A DNA stretch of 58,316 nucleotides, counting the filler, from Fonticula-like sp. SCN 57-25 (taxonomy: Eukaryota): NCBI GenBank assembly GCA_001724245.1. It is 7 parts of 7 records of this genome, joined end to end, with 100 filler letters (N's around TTAATTAATTAA, not from the genome) between each part and the next. Parts side by side here need not be neighbours in the genome. Positions count along the whole stretch, not along the records: positions 18,438 to 26,590 come from MEDX01000344.1; positions 26,691 to 34,900 come from MEDX01000345.1; positions 35,001 to 42,633 come from MEDX01000347.1; 4 more parts are not named here. One strand, 5' to 3'. Under the pieces are notes generated by a model. The model was given only the letters and a program-made list of their open reading frames with translations, was not told where the DNA came from and ran no database searches. This document shows, piece by piece, positions 24,008 through 36,247 of the stretch (position 1 is its first letter; every line of letters begins with the position of its first letter). A program made the translations under genes and the position numbers.

Positions 24008-26590
24008 TCATAAATGCCGCCCGTGTCCAAAAAGGGAATCCATCGGGGACAAAATGCTCGCTGGCACGGTTGTCACGGCCCCGGTTGCGTCAGGCTCGTC
24101 AATGTCGGCCAGCCCCAGTAGCAGCTGCATGATCATGATGGCCGCTTCCTTGCTAACGTCGTCGTTGTGCTCGACGCACCGCAGGCTCAGGACACACTTT
24201 AGGCAGCCCTTTTCGCACGAGCACCGCTGAATGAGGTCCAGCGTGCGGTGCAGAAAGTCATACATGGAATCAAACACTTTGAGCGAAAGGCCAACGCCGC
24301 CGCGGTGCGTGTCGTAGAGCAGGATGCGCGGGGTCCGAATGTCGTGCTCGAGTGGGGACAGGCACTCGCCCATAATGTCGCCTGATTGGCACCGCACGAA
24401 AAGAGGGACGAGGTAGCTCAGCGCGTGCACCAGTGCGTGGCAGCCGCTGTGCGCGTTCAGGCCCTAGGAAGTTGTGAGAAAGACGCAAAAATGAATGGGC
24501 GCCATCGTACACGCCGTCCCAGATGGGCCTGGATCACAGAAGAAACTGGTTATCATCGTCAGTCATATGTTCAGATAGAGCCGCAGAGGCGCACTGTCTA
24601 CCCATGTCGCCGTGGTGTCGCTGATGTACGGCGGGATCGTCCCATTGGCATATTCTATGTACTCGTCCTTGGCGTTGGTGAACGGCGTGACCTTTTTGTA
24701 CCCAAGGATGGCGGCGGTCACCTTGACGTGCCCAAAAACAACGGTCACGTTACCGCTGAGCCCCTTTGTGCCCAGGGTTTGCAAAGGGTCCACGTGCTGG
24801 ATGTCGCGGCAAAAGGTGACGTAGTTGACGTCGCGGCGCTCGACGACGACCATGGGCGTGCGGCTGTCTCGCATGAACGATATGTCAATGACGACATACG
24901 AGCGCCCCTGAAAAAAGTGTCTGAGCTGTGAATACTTCAAGAGTGGTGAGCGTACCTGGTGGTAAAAGACCGCGCCCGGGTATACCGTGAGGAGCGCGCG
25001 CGAATACTCCATGTCCTCGAGCACGGCCTTTGTTCCCGCCTCCACGACCAGCACTGATTCATCCTCAATCGTCCTTAGGCTGAAGCGCGGCGGCGCGTGC
25101 CGCGGGTTCCACCGCAGCGTCCTCCCGCCGTCGACGACGAGCAGCTTGTCGGATGCTGCTGCGGCAATGTCCTCGCCAAAAAAGAGCGCGTCGTCCTGCG
25201 TGTCGAGCGGCATCTCGTACGCGGCGCAGTCCAGGTGCTTGGCCAGGATGAACGGGTTGAACGGGTCAATCTGGACCGACTCGCCCGCGCCGTCAAACAT
25301 AAACTCGGGATGCTCCACGATGTACGTGTCGGCCGGGTGTGTGTCGGCCACGAGCATCGAGAGCGACTCGCCCTGGCGGCGGCCCGCACGGCCCGCCTGC
25401 TGCCACAGCGACGACACGCTCGGAGGAAAGCTCACGTGGATGACGGCGTCGAGCATGCCAATGTCGACGCCCAGCTCGAGCGCCGAGGTGGACACGACGC
25501 CGCGGAGATGGCCGCCAAAGAGCTGCGCCTCGATCTCTCGGCGGACTTCGGGCGAGTAGCCCGAGCGGTAGCTGCGAACGACGTCGTTGGGCCGCGCCGT
25601 GTGCTCCGCGAGTGACTTGTGGACAAGGCTCGTCACGTACTCTACGCTTTTGCGGTTCGTGCAAAACATGAGCGTCCGCACGCCGGCTAAGACAAACGTC
25701 TCCATGAGCTTGACGGCGTCCATGATGGCGCGCGATGGGCTGTTGCGCGGCCCGGCGGGCGGCGTGGGCGGCGGTTGCCAAATGACAAAGTGCTTGTTAC
25801 CCATCGGCGCGCCGTCCCGCGCGCTCAGCTTCACCAGCGAGGGGTCCACCCCGGTCAGTGCGACCGTGTGCTCGACGGGGTTCCCTATCGTGGCGGAGCA
25901 GCAGATGAACTGCAGCGACGTATTGCCGTACTTGGTGCACAGCCGCCTCAGCCGGCGCAGCACGAGCGCAACGTGCGAGCCAAACACGCCCGAGTAGGTG
26001 TGCACCTCGTCCAGGACAATAAAGCGAAGCGCACCGAGGACGCGGCCCCACCTGCTGTGCTGTGGGAGAATGGTGTGGTGCAGAATGTCGGGGTTGATCA
26101 TGAACACGTGCGTTGACTCTAGCAGCTCGTCGCGCGCCGCAGCGGGCGTGTCGCCGTCAAAGGTCGATACCTTGATCGAGCTCAGCGACTCGTGCGCGTT
26201 GATGAGCTCCCTCAAAGCTCGCGTCTGATCCTGCCCGAGCGCCTTTGTGGGGAAAATAAAGAATGAACGCGCGGCGCATCCGCTCTCGAGCAGCGACGTG
26301 AGCACGGGGATGTTGAAGACGAGCGACTTGCCGCTGGCCGTGCTCGTCGACACGACCACATGATTCCCGTCGCGAAGATCGTTGACCGCCTTGTGCTGGT
26401 GCGAGTACAGCCGAGAGATGTTTTTGGACCGCATGAGCGCCTCTGTCAGTATGGAAGGGATCCACGAAGGCATATCCGGGCCAAAGTAGCCGCTGTGGCC
26501 AGAGCGGACGCGGTGATGCCGAATCTGGTCGTCGAAAAAGCCGCGCGAGCGGAGGTGCGTTAAAAGCTCTTGCACGTCGCCTCGGAACTG
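24008..26590 (-). CDS. HRQ1: Hrq1/YprA-type DEAH helicase with C-terminal DUF1998 zinc-binding domain, 5' end missing
   Basis: LYSHQ, STSTASGKSL, FPTKALGQDQ, DEVHTY, SATIGNP, STSALELGVDIG, QQAGRAGRR, and C-terminal LYDTHRGGVG..CSCEKGCLKC. Confidence 0.92.
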
Positions 26591-26690
26591 NNNNNNNNNN
26601 NNNNNNNNNNNNNNNNNNNNNNNNNNNNNNNNNNTTAATTAATTAANNNNNNNNNNNNNNNNNNNNNNNNNNNNNNNNNNNNNNNNNNNN

Positions 26691-29600
26691 TAATTAAAAG
26701 AGTTCATTAAAATGTTTTGATTAAAAGGATTCATTAAAATGTTTTGATTAAAAGGATTCATTAATATTGTCTGGTTAAAAAGATTCATTAAAATGTTTTG
26801 ATTAAAAGGATTCATTAATATTGTCTGGTTAAAAAGATTCATTAAATGGTTTTGATTAAAAGGGTTCATTAATATTGTTCTTTATAATGAAAAGAAACAT
26901 AGGAAGAGCATTAATTGTTCTAAAAATAAACGATTTATTTTATTTACCGCTCGTTCTATATAATAAGGAGTAAGAATAACATAAAAAATCATTAAACTGT
27001 ATTTGTTTAAAGGATTCATTAAAATGATTTGATTAAAAGGATAAATCACCCCGATTAAAAAGATTTCGTTAAAATGTTTTGATCAATATGGATTTGATTA
27101 GAACGTTTTTGATTAACATGGGTTTTGTTAAAATGGTTTTTGATTAATATGGATTTGATTAAAATGGTTTTGATTAATATGGTTATTTAATTGTTTTGAT
27201 TAAAGGGATTCATTTTTAAATGTTCTTTATATAAAAAGGAACATAGAATAGCATTATATTGTGTTCTCAATATTAAACGATTAATTTATTCGTTCCATAT
27301 AAAAATAAAAGAGACATATGAAGAATAAGTTGTTTTGATTAAAGAATTAATTAAAATGTTTTGATTAAAGAATTAATTAAAATGTTTTGATTAAAAGAAT
27401 TCATTAAATTATCTTGATAAAAGTGTTTTGTTAAAATGTTTTGAAATATGGTTTTGATTAACATGGTTTTGATTAAAATGGTTTTAATCAAAATTGTTTT
27501 GATCAAGATGGTTTTGATTAATATGGTTTTGATTAATATGGTTATTAAATTGTCTTGATTAAAGAATTCATTAAAATGTTTTTGGTTAAAAGAATTCATT
27601 AAATTATCTTGATAGAAAGTGTTTCGTTAAAATATGTTTTGATCAAATGGTTTTGATTAATATGGTTTTGATTAACATGGTTTTCATTAACATGATTTTG
27701 ATCAAAATTGTTTTGATCAACATGGTTTTGATATTAATATGGTTTTGATCAAAATGGTTTTCATTAACATGGTTTTGATCAATATGGTTTTCATTAACAT
27801 GGTTTTCATTAACATGGTTTTGATCAATATGGTTTTCATTAACATGGTTTTGATCAATATGGTTTTCATTAACATGGTTTTGATCAAAATGGTTTTCATT
27901 AACATGGTTTTGATCAAAATGGTTTTCATTAACATGGTTTTCATTAACATGGTTTTGATTAATATGGCTTTGATTAAAATGGTTTTCATTAACATTGTTT
28001 TGATTAATAGGGATTTGATTAAAATGGTTTTGATTAATATGGTTATTAAATTGTTTTGATTAAAGGATTCATTTAAAATGTTCTTTATATAAAAAGAAAC
28101 ATAGAATAGCATTATATTGTGTTCTCAATAATAAATGATTAATTAATTCGTTCCATATAAAAATAAAGAGACATAGGAATAATATAAACTGTTTAGATTA
28201 AAATGTTTTGATTAAGATCTACATTAAAATATTATGGTCAAAAATGTTTCCTTAAAAATGTCATGATCAAAATGTTTCATTAAAAATGTTTTTGATTAAA
28301 ATATTTTGGTTAAAAAGGATCAATTAAATCGTCTTGATTAAAAGATTCATTTTTCAAATATTATTTATATGAAAAAGGAACATAAGATATCATTATATTA
28401 TGTTCTCAATGATAAAACGATTTATTTATTCGTTCCATATAAAGGAGTATATGAACAATATAAAACTGTTTTATTAAAGAATTCATTAAAATGCTTTTTA
28501 AAATAAATGGTTTTGATTAAAAGGGTTCATTAAAATGTTTTGATTAAACGATTTGTTAATTTGTTTTGATTAAGAAATTCATTAACTATTTTGATCAAAA
28601 TATTTCATTAAAATGTTATGATTAAAAGATCTCATTAAAATGTTTTGATTAAAGGATTTCGATTAAAAAGTTTTAACTAAAAGATTTCGATTAAGAGAGT
28701 TCGCCAAATAGTTTTGATTAAAGGGTTTCATTAAAATGTTTCGATTAAAAAAATTCATTAAATTGTTTTGATCAAAAAGGTTCAATTTTTAATGTTCTTT
28801 ATATGAAAAGAACATAAAATTGGATTATATTGTGTTATTAAGATCTTGTTAAATTGTTTTGATTGAAAGGTTCATGTTTAATGTTCTTTTATATGAAAGA
28901 GTCATAGAATAACATTATATTGTCTTTTCAATAATAAACGATTTATTTATCCGTTCCATATAAGTAATAAAAATAAATAGAAAGAACATTATACTGTTTT
29001 TGATTAAAATCGTTCTGATTAAAAATATTTATTAAATAGTTTTGATTAAAAAGGATTCATTAAAATTGTTCTTTGTATAAAATGGAACATAACAATAACA
29101 TTAAACTATTTTGATTAAGAAAGTTTATAAAACTGCTTTAATTAAAAAAGGATTCACTAAATTGTTTGATAATAGATATTTTCGTTAAACTGTTCTTTAT
29201 ACAAAAGGAACATATAAGAAGTGTTATGATATTTTCAGTAATAGACGAATAATTTGTTTGTTTTATATAAACAAGTTAGAAAGAACATAAAACTGTTTTT
29301 ATATAAAAAGTAACATAAAATAGCATTATATTGTTCTTAATAAAAAACGATTAAATTATTCTGTCATATATAAAAAGAATATATGATTAGCGTAAAAATG
29401 TTATAATTAAAAACATTTGTTAAAAATGTTCTTTATATGAAAAGAAATATAGAGAAAACATTATATTGTTCTCGATAATAAACGATTTATTTGTTTTATA
29501 TAGAAACGAGCATAAGAAAAACATTAAACTGTGTTGATTTAAAGGGTTCATTAAATTATTGATCAAAAAATATTTATTAAAATGTCTTGATTAAGAGAAA

Positions 29601-30400
29601 CATAGAAAGAATATTAAATCGTTTTAATTTAAGGATTCATTAAATTGTTTCGATTAAAAGGGTTTCATTAAAATGTTATATGTAATGAAACATATAAAAA
29701 GTATTACATGGAGAACAATAATAAATGATTTATTTATTCGTTCTATATAAAGGGGTATGAAAAGAACATTAAACTGTTTTGATTTAAGGATTCATTAAAC
29801 CTTAGTTAAAAGAACTCATTCAAATTATTCGGTTGAAAAGATTACTATTTTGATTAAAATAATCCATTAAACTGTTATATGAAAAGGAACATTGAATAGT
29901 ATTATATGATCTCAATGATAAGCAATTTATTTATTTGTTCTCCCAATATAAAAGGAGAATAGAAAAAACATTAAACTGTTTTGATCAAAGGATTCATTTA
30001 ACTGTTAGTTAAAAGAATTCATTAAATTGTCTTGGTAAAAAGATTCGTAAAACTGTTTTTTGTATGAAAATGAACATAGAATGGCATTATATTGATCTCA
30101 TTAATGAATGATTAAATTGTTTCGTTCTATATAAAAAACATATGAATAACATTGAATATATGTTATGATTAAAAAGAATTCATTAAATTGTATTGATTAT
30201 AATGAACAAAAGGAAGAATGTAATTGTTATCGATATTAAATGAATAAGTTGTTACAATAATAAAAAGAAAAAAATAACGAGCATAATAATACTCTCAATA
30301 ATTGAACGATTAAATTATTCTTTATTATTAAAAGAAACAAAAAAAAAAGTATTAAATTGTTATTAATGATAACTATAAAATCATCCTTTCTGTGAAAAGA
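26691..30400. repeat. AT-rich composite repeat array: 27-bp and 15-bp minisatellites interspersed with about a dozen copies of an 80-100 bp module
   Basis: ttcattaaaatgttttgattaaaagga units at 26691-26870; aa(c/t)atggtttt(g/c)at(t/c) 15-mers at 27445-28050; recurring tgttctttatat..gaacata..cattatattg..aaacgatt..ttcgtt module. Confidence 0.9.
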
Positions 30401-30699
30401 ACTGTAGAAAGTTTATTACATTATTTAAATAAGAGGAATGAATTGTTCTTTCCATCCAAAACAGAAATGAAGGGTATAAAAATTTTTATAAATAATATAC
30501 TCTTAATTGTTATTGTTCTTCCTTATTTTATAGTTTATAAACATAAATCGCTTTAACATAAATACTATCATAATTTGTTCTTGATTATAATTATTGTTGT
30601 TTGTGTATCAAATAATTAATAATCCTGACAATGGTACATATATCATATTTATTATTATAATAATATGATCTGTTAATGATTCGATTTCACATATGTGTA

Positions 30700-32820
30700 A
30701 ATATTTCCAATAAAGTAAACAATTTAAATAATTATATATGACAATATAATTGTATATCAGAACTATTGTTATTCATGTGTTAAATAAATAATAACCTTGA
30801 TAGTAAGTTGTTGGTTCAATATCACATTTATTATTTTTGAATCAACATGATTATGAATAGTTCGGTTTACATAGCTATTGTATAATATTCCATATTGTAC
30901 AGTAGCTATTAGGCAAAAAAAGTAATTAGGTAAGCAATATAAATAATTATGAGTCACCATATAATTGTATATCATAACTATTGTTATTCATGTGTTAAAT
31001 AAATAATAACCTTGATAGTAAGTTGCTGGTTCAATATAACATTTATTATTTACGATCAACATGATTGTAAATAGTTTGGCTTGCATATCTATTGTAAAAT
31101 ATTCCATACTGTACAGTAGCTATTGGGCAAAAAAGTAATTAGGTAAGCAATATAAATAATTATGAGTGACCATATAATTGTGTATCATAACTATTGTTAT
31201 TCATGTATTAAATAAATAATAACCTTGGTAGTAAATTGTTGGTTCAATATCACATTTATTATTTTTGAATCAACATGATTATGAATAGTTCGGTTTATAT
31301 AGCTATTGTATAATATTCCATACTGTACAATAGCTTTTGGGACAAAAAAGTAATTAGGTAAGCAATTTATTTAAAATTAGTTGTCATATAATCGTATATC
31401 AAAACTATTGTTATTCATGTGTTAAATAAATAATGACTATGATAGTGAGCTATATGGTACAATATCACGTTTATTATTTTTGAATCAACATGATTATGAA
31501 TAGTTCGGTTTACATAGCTATTGTATAATATTCCATACTGTACGGTAGCTATCGGGCAAAAAAGTAATTAGGTAAGCAATTTATTTAAAATTAGTTGTCA
31601 TATAATTGTATATCAAAACTATTGTTATTCATGTATTAAATAAATAATGACCATGATAGTGAGAGCTATATAGCACAATATTATATTTATTAATAATTTT
31701 GCTTTTGTAATTATGATTTATTATATGAATTATGTCTGCTTTCAAATAGTGATCCTGATAATAGTATTTAATTAAATAATAAATTATTTTATTTCATTTA
31801 CAAAAATTAATGAATTAAACTAACATTATTATGATGATTATTTTATGAACAACATAATTTAATGATTATCCTTGTTACAAAAGTCAATCTATTTTTGCTC
31901 GATATTTAACAATGATTATATACCTGATAAGTAATTAAGATGAACAATTTTAATCAATAAGAAATTATCATATAATTATGTGTCATAACTATTGTTATTC
32001 GTGTATTAAATAAATATGATAGTGTGATACAATATCATATTTATTATTTTGGTCAACATAATTATCAATAGTTCAGTTTACATTATTATTGTATAATATT
32101 CCATACTATATAATGGATATGTTATGTATATGGTAAAATTATGGGATCATTTAAATATTCTCTTGCATTTTATTCTGTATTCAGTTTTACGAATTATAAT
32201 ATATTAACTATATTAGAAAAAAGTAATTAGGTAAATAATTTAAATAAGTATAAATGACCATATAATCGTATATCAAAACTATTGATATTCATGTGCTAAA
32301 TAAATAATGATCATGATAATAAGCCATACAGTACAATATCATATTTATTATTTTTGAATCAACATGATTGTAAATAGTTTGGTTTGCATGACTATTATAT
32401 AATATTCCATACTGTACAGTAGCTTTCGGAGCAAAAAAAGTAATTAGGTAAACAATTTAAATAAGTATAAATGACTATATAATTGTATATCAAAACTATT
32501 GTTATTCATGTGCTAGATAAATAATGACAATGATAGTAAGTTGTTAATTCAATATCACACTTATTATTTATAATCAACATGATTGTAAATAGTTTGGTTT
32601 GTATAGCTATGATATAATATTCTATACTGTACAATAGCTATTGGGAACAAATAAAGTAATTAGGTGAGCAATATAAGTGACATATAATTGTATATTATAA
32701 CTATTGTTATTCATGTGTTAAATAAATAATAATCATGATAGTAAACTATTGGTACAATGTCGTATTTATTATTTTAACCAACATAATTATTAATAGGTCA
32801 GTTTATATAGTTATTATATA
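30700..32820. repeat. About 214-bp tandem repeat, roughly 9 copies, some partial
   Basis: ataattgtatatca..ctattgttattcatgt recurs at 30746, 30961, 31174, 31388 and 31602, then near 31970, 32260, 32480 and 32685. Confidence 0.92.
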
Positions 32821-33414
32821 AAGTAATTAGCCAAGCAATTCATTTATTATATTAATATTAATAACATATTTTTCTTGGTTAATTACAAATTATTATATTA
32901 ATATTAATAACATATTCTTCTTAGCTAATCACAAATTATTGTTTTCAATAAATGAATTTTATTATACATGCAATATTCTTGATGCATTAAAGTCATAAAT
33001 ACTTATATTATGATCATTTTATCTGCCATGTGATTAAAGTATAATAATTTAATGATTTAAATCTATGTAATATATTTACAATATTCTTGTGTTTTTTATA
33101 AATTTATTTATATTTTTTGTACAATTATATGGTAATTATAAATTGTGCAATAGTAACATATAATAATTATGCATTTTTTCTGTTTTGGATTTGCCAAAAA
33201 TATATAAAATTTAATTTTCGTTTTTATCAAAAAATTATTTTCTAAAGCTATATTAACCAACAAATTGGTGGGGAATTTGATGGTTAATTTGATATCATAT
33301 CAAATGGCTCATTCGATATGATTACTCTTATTGATCAAAATCAATGGTCTATTCGATATTATACTTTACAAATTAAATACTTTAATTTGATAAGGATATG
33401 ATCCTTTTATATTG

Positions 33415-33693
33415 CAAATTAAAGTAAACTTTTAATTTGATAAGGTAAAAATAATATAAATATTATTTTATTGATGCTCGTTATATTATATAACTTCGCT
33501 CTTAACAAATTTAAAAGATGAACTTTTAATTTGATAATGCTAAAATAATATAAATATTATTTTTTCTTGTCGCTCACGGTTCTGCGCACTGTTTCGCTTA
33601 AGCAAATTAAAGTAAACTTTTAATTTGACAAGGTAAAAATAATATAAATATTATTTTAATGTCGCTCGTTATGCTACGCATTACTTCGCTTAG
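33415..33693. repeat. Three tandem 91-97 bp units, each with three consecutive hairpins
   Basis: caaattaaa/tttaatttg, aaaataatat/atattatttt, and gctc-[variable hairpin]-ttcgct in each unit. Confidence 0.8.
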
Positions 33694-33884
33694 TGGGGCA
33701 GAAAAAGTAATCAGGTGAATCATTAAATATAATATTCTATTTTTATTATTCTAATCTATTTAATCAACCAAAAATTATGTTTTATATTTAATATTTACAT
33801 TCTGTTTCGATCAATAAATATTTTACAACTCGTATTTAATATCGTTATTCAACCTTTGTTTATCGATACAAAATATATTTTAAC

Positions 33885-34890
33885 TCATTTATCCAAACCT
33901 TATAATTGTTGACAATTTAATCCAAATCATTAATTATCAACAATTTAATCCAAAATTTTAATTATTGACATTTTTATCCAAACCTCTTTATTGCTAACAA
34001 TTTTATCCAAAACTTTGATTATTGACAGCTTTATCCAAACCTCTTTATTGCTAACAATTTTATCCAAAACTTTGATTATTGACAGCTTTATCCAAACCTC
34101 TTTATTGCTAACAATTTAATCCAAAACCTAATTATTGACAATTTTATCCAAACCTCTTTTTTGTTAACATTTTAATCCAAAACTTTAATTATTGACAGCT
34201 TTATCCAAACCTCTTTTTTGTTAACAATTTAATCCAAAACTTTGATTATTGACAGCTTTATCCAAACCTCTTTATTGCTAACAATTTAATCCAAAACTTT
34301 AATTATTGACAATTTAATCCAAACCTCTTTTGTTAACATTTTAATCCAAAACTTTAATTATTGTTGACAATTTAATCCAAACCTCTTTTGTTAACATTTT
34401 AATCCAAAACTTTAATTATTGACAATTTAATCCAAACCTCTTTTGTTAACATTTTAATCCAAAACTTTAATTATTGACAGCTTTATCCAAACCTCTTTAT
34501 TGCTAACAATTTAATCCAAAACCTAATTATTGACAATTTAATCCAAACCTCTTTTGTTAACATTTTAATCCAAAACTTTAATTATTGACAATTTTATCCA
34601 AACCTCTTTTTTGTTAACAATTTAATCCAAAACTTTAATTATTAACAGCTTTATCCAAACCTCTTTATTGCTAACAATTTAATCCAAAACTTTGATTATT
34701 GACAGCTTTATCCAAACCTCTTTATTGTTAACAATTTAATCCAAAACCTAATTATTGACAATTTAATCCAAACCTCTTTTTTGTTAACATTTTAATCCAA
34801 AACTTTAATTATTGACAATTTAATCCAAAACTTTAATTATTGACAATTTAATCCAAAACTTTAATTATTGACAATTTAATCCAAAACTTT
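33885..34890. repeat. 28/29-bp alternating minisatellite (57-bp dimer), about 35 monomers
   Basis: ttatccaaacctctttattgctaacaatt alternating with ttatccaaaactttgattattgacagct and variants. Confidence 0.95.
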
Positions 34891-35258
34891 ATTTTTCATT
34901 NNNNNNNNNNNNNNNNNNNNNNNNNNNNNNNNNNNNNNNNNNNNTTAATTAATTAANNNNNNNNNNNNNNNNNNNNNNNNNNNNNNNNNNNNNNNNNNNN
35001 GCGGGCGTTCGCGCTTGCCGCGCTCTTTTCAGAGGGGCGTAACGATACCATCCACGTGGTCCGATCCGTAATTTTTTGATTATGCTGTTGCCCCGTGATG
35101 TGCCCTGAATGTGCCCAGAATGTGCCTGTGGAAGAACGACGCTAGGCGGGACTTTGTTTCATGGCTAGACAGATGAAAGTGTATATTGGGGAATTATGAC
35201 AGTGCAAATCGAGGAATTTTACAATGTAATTCGAAACAAGCCAGCAGAGGCCAAACTG

Positions 35259-35540
35259 TCATACCGGTACGCGAGTAAAAGTCGCGTTTACCTTTCCGGG
35301 GGGCAAAATCAACTGCCATCCATCTTTCGCCAGCAGTGCTGCAATGAGCTTCAGTTGGTTCCGGTTGAAAACCTCTTGACCGCGACCGTTGTCTAAAACG
35401 TAGGTGTTGCCGTCCCCCCTGCTGACCGCCTCAACGAAGAAGCAAAGGGCATCCCGCTTTTTGTGGATGGCAAGGTGAACAGCCCATTGCTGGGCCGCCA
35501 TCACCTGGGTAGGGTCGAGTTGGAGCTCATGCACGTTCAT
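35259..35540 (-). CDS. Hypothetical small protein
   Basis: Intronless ORF from MNVHELQ with protein-like composition; no recognised motif. Confidence 0.25.
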   Translation of the reverse strand: MNVHELQLDPTQVMAAQQWAVHLAIHKKRDALCFFVEAVSRGDGNTYVLDNGRGQEVFNRNQLKLIAALLAKDGWQLILPPGKVNATFTRVPV

Positions 35541-35849
35541 GATGATGAGAGTCGAGGAGGCAAGAGGCAAAGCGCAAACTGTTTAAAATTGCGACAGCAC
35601 TCCTGAAGCACCCTGATCGGCAGTGAGGGCAGTTTGCGTCCTCACAACAGTAATAACAACATTACAACACCAAGGGAGCCAATAATATGGCGTTTAACTC
35701 GGATTACCTTCCCTCTTCGATTACGCAACTCTATATGATTGCAGCTGGCGCGTATCACAGTTAATTCCTCACTTGCAAAATAAAAGCATCCTCACACGCG
35801 TTGAAAGTAAACACCCTCACTCGCGGTCAGAGGTGGCCTTGTCTGCATC

Positions 35850-36155
35850 ATGGGCGTCAAGCGGGGCGACATTATTCTCACACAGAGAGAGCTCTTTGAA
35901 ATCGCTACCGAATGGGGCGCCGTTCGAGTGGGTGCCACGGGCCACCCTGCCGCGCGAGCTGCTTCGTACACCCACGAGGGGTACGGTGGCACCATGTACA
36001 TGGCCTGGACAGAAAACATGATGTTGGCGGAAAACCGCCTTCTCCAGTTCGCGTTCGATAACGGCGGCGGACGCCACAATTATCATATTCTCAGCAACGC
36101 CCGCCCGGAGCCTGGATTTGTGTATGTGATTCAAGGTCGTCTATACCACCATTGA
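35850..36155 (+). CDS. 101-aa intronless protein, possibly a circularly permuted GIY-YIG-like fold
   Basis: ATG in good context (atcATGg). VRVGAT..PAARAASY..AENRLL..RHN is followed by a C-terminal PGFVYVIQG. Confidence 0.6.
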   Translation: MGVKRGDIILTQRELFEIATEWGAVRVGATGHPAARAASYTHEGYGGTMYMAWTENMMLAENRLLQFAFDNGGGRHNYHILSNARPEPGFVYVIQGRLYHH

Positions 36156-36247
36156 AAGCGGCCAACGCTCCAGAATCACCACGTTTGGTGTCAGGGTTGA
36201 TGCAGTGATGCAAAATGTACTAGTTTAGTTATTAGGCTCGCAATTTA

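Noticed and set aside
24008-26590. DUF1998 helicase as a prokaryotic defence (DISARM/Druantia-like) gene
   Set aside because: It has spliceosomal introns and housekeeping neighbours, and fits the eukaryotic Hrq1 repair helicase.
26639-28112. ORFs with IKTML or MNPFNQN repeats
   Set aside because: Translations of 15-bp and 27-bp minisatellites whose lengths are multiples of three.
33470-33500. loxP-like ATAACTTCG
   Set aside because: Only a 9-nt partial match in AT-rich DNA, with no second arm and not conserved in the sister units.
33885-34890. Possible CRISPR array
   Set aside because: Both alternating units are repeats; there are no unique spacers and no cas genes.
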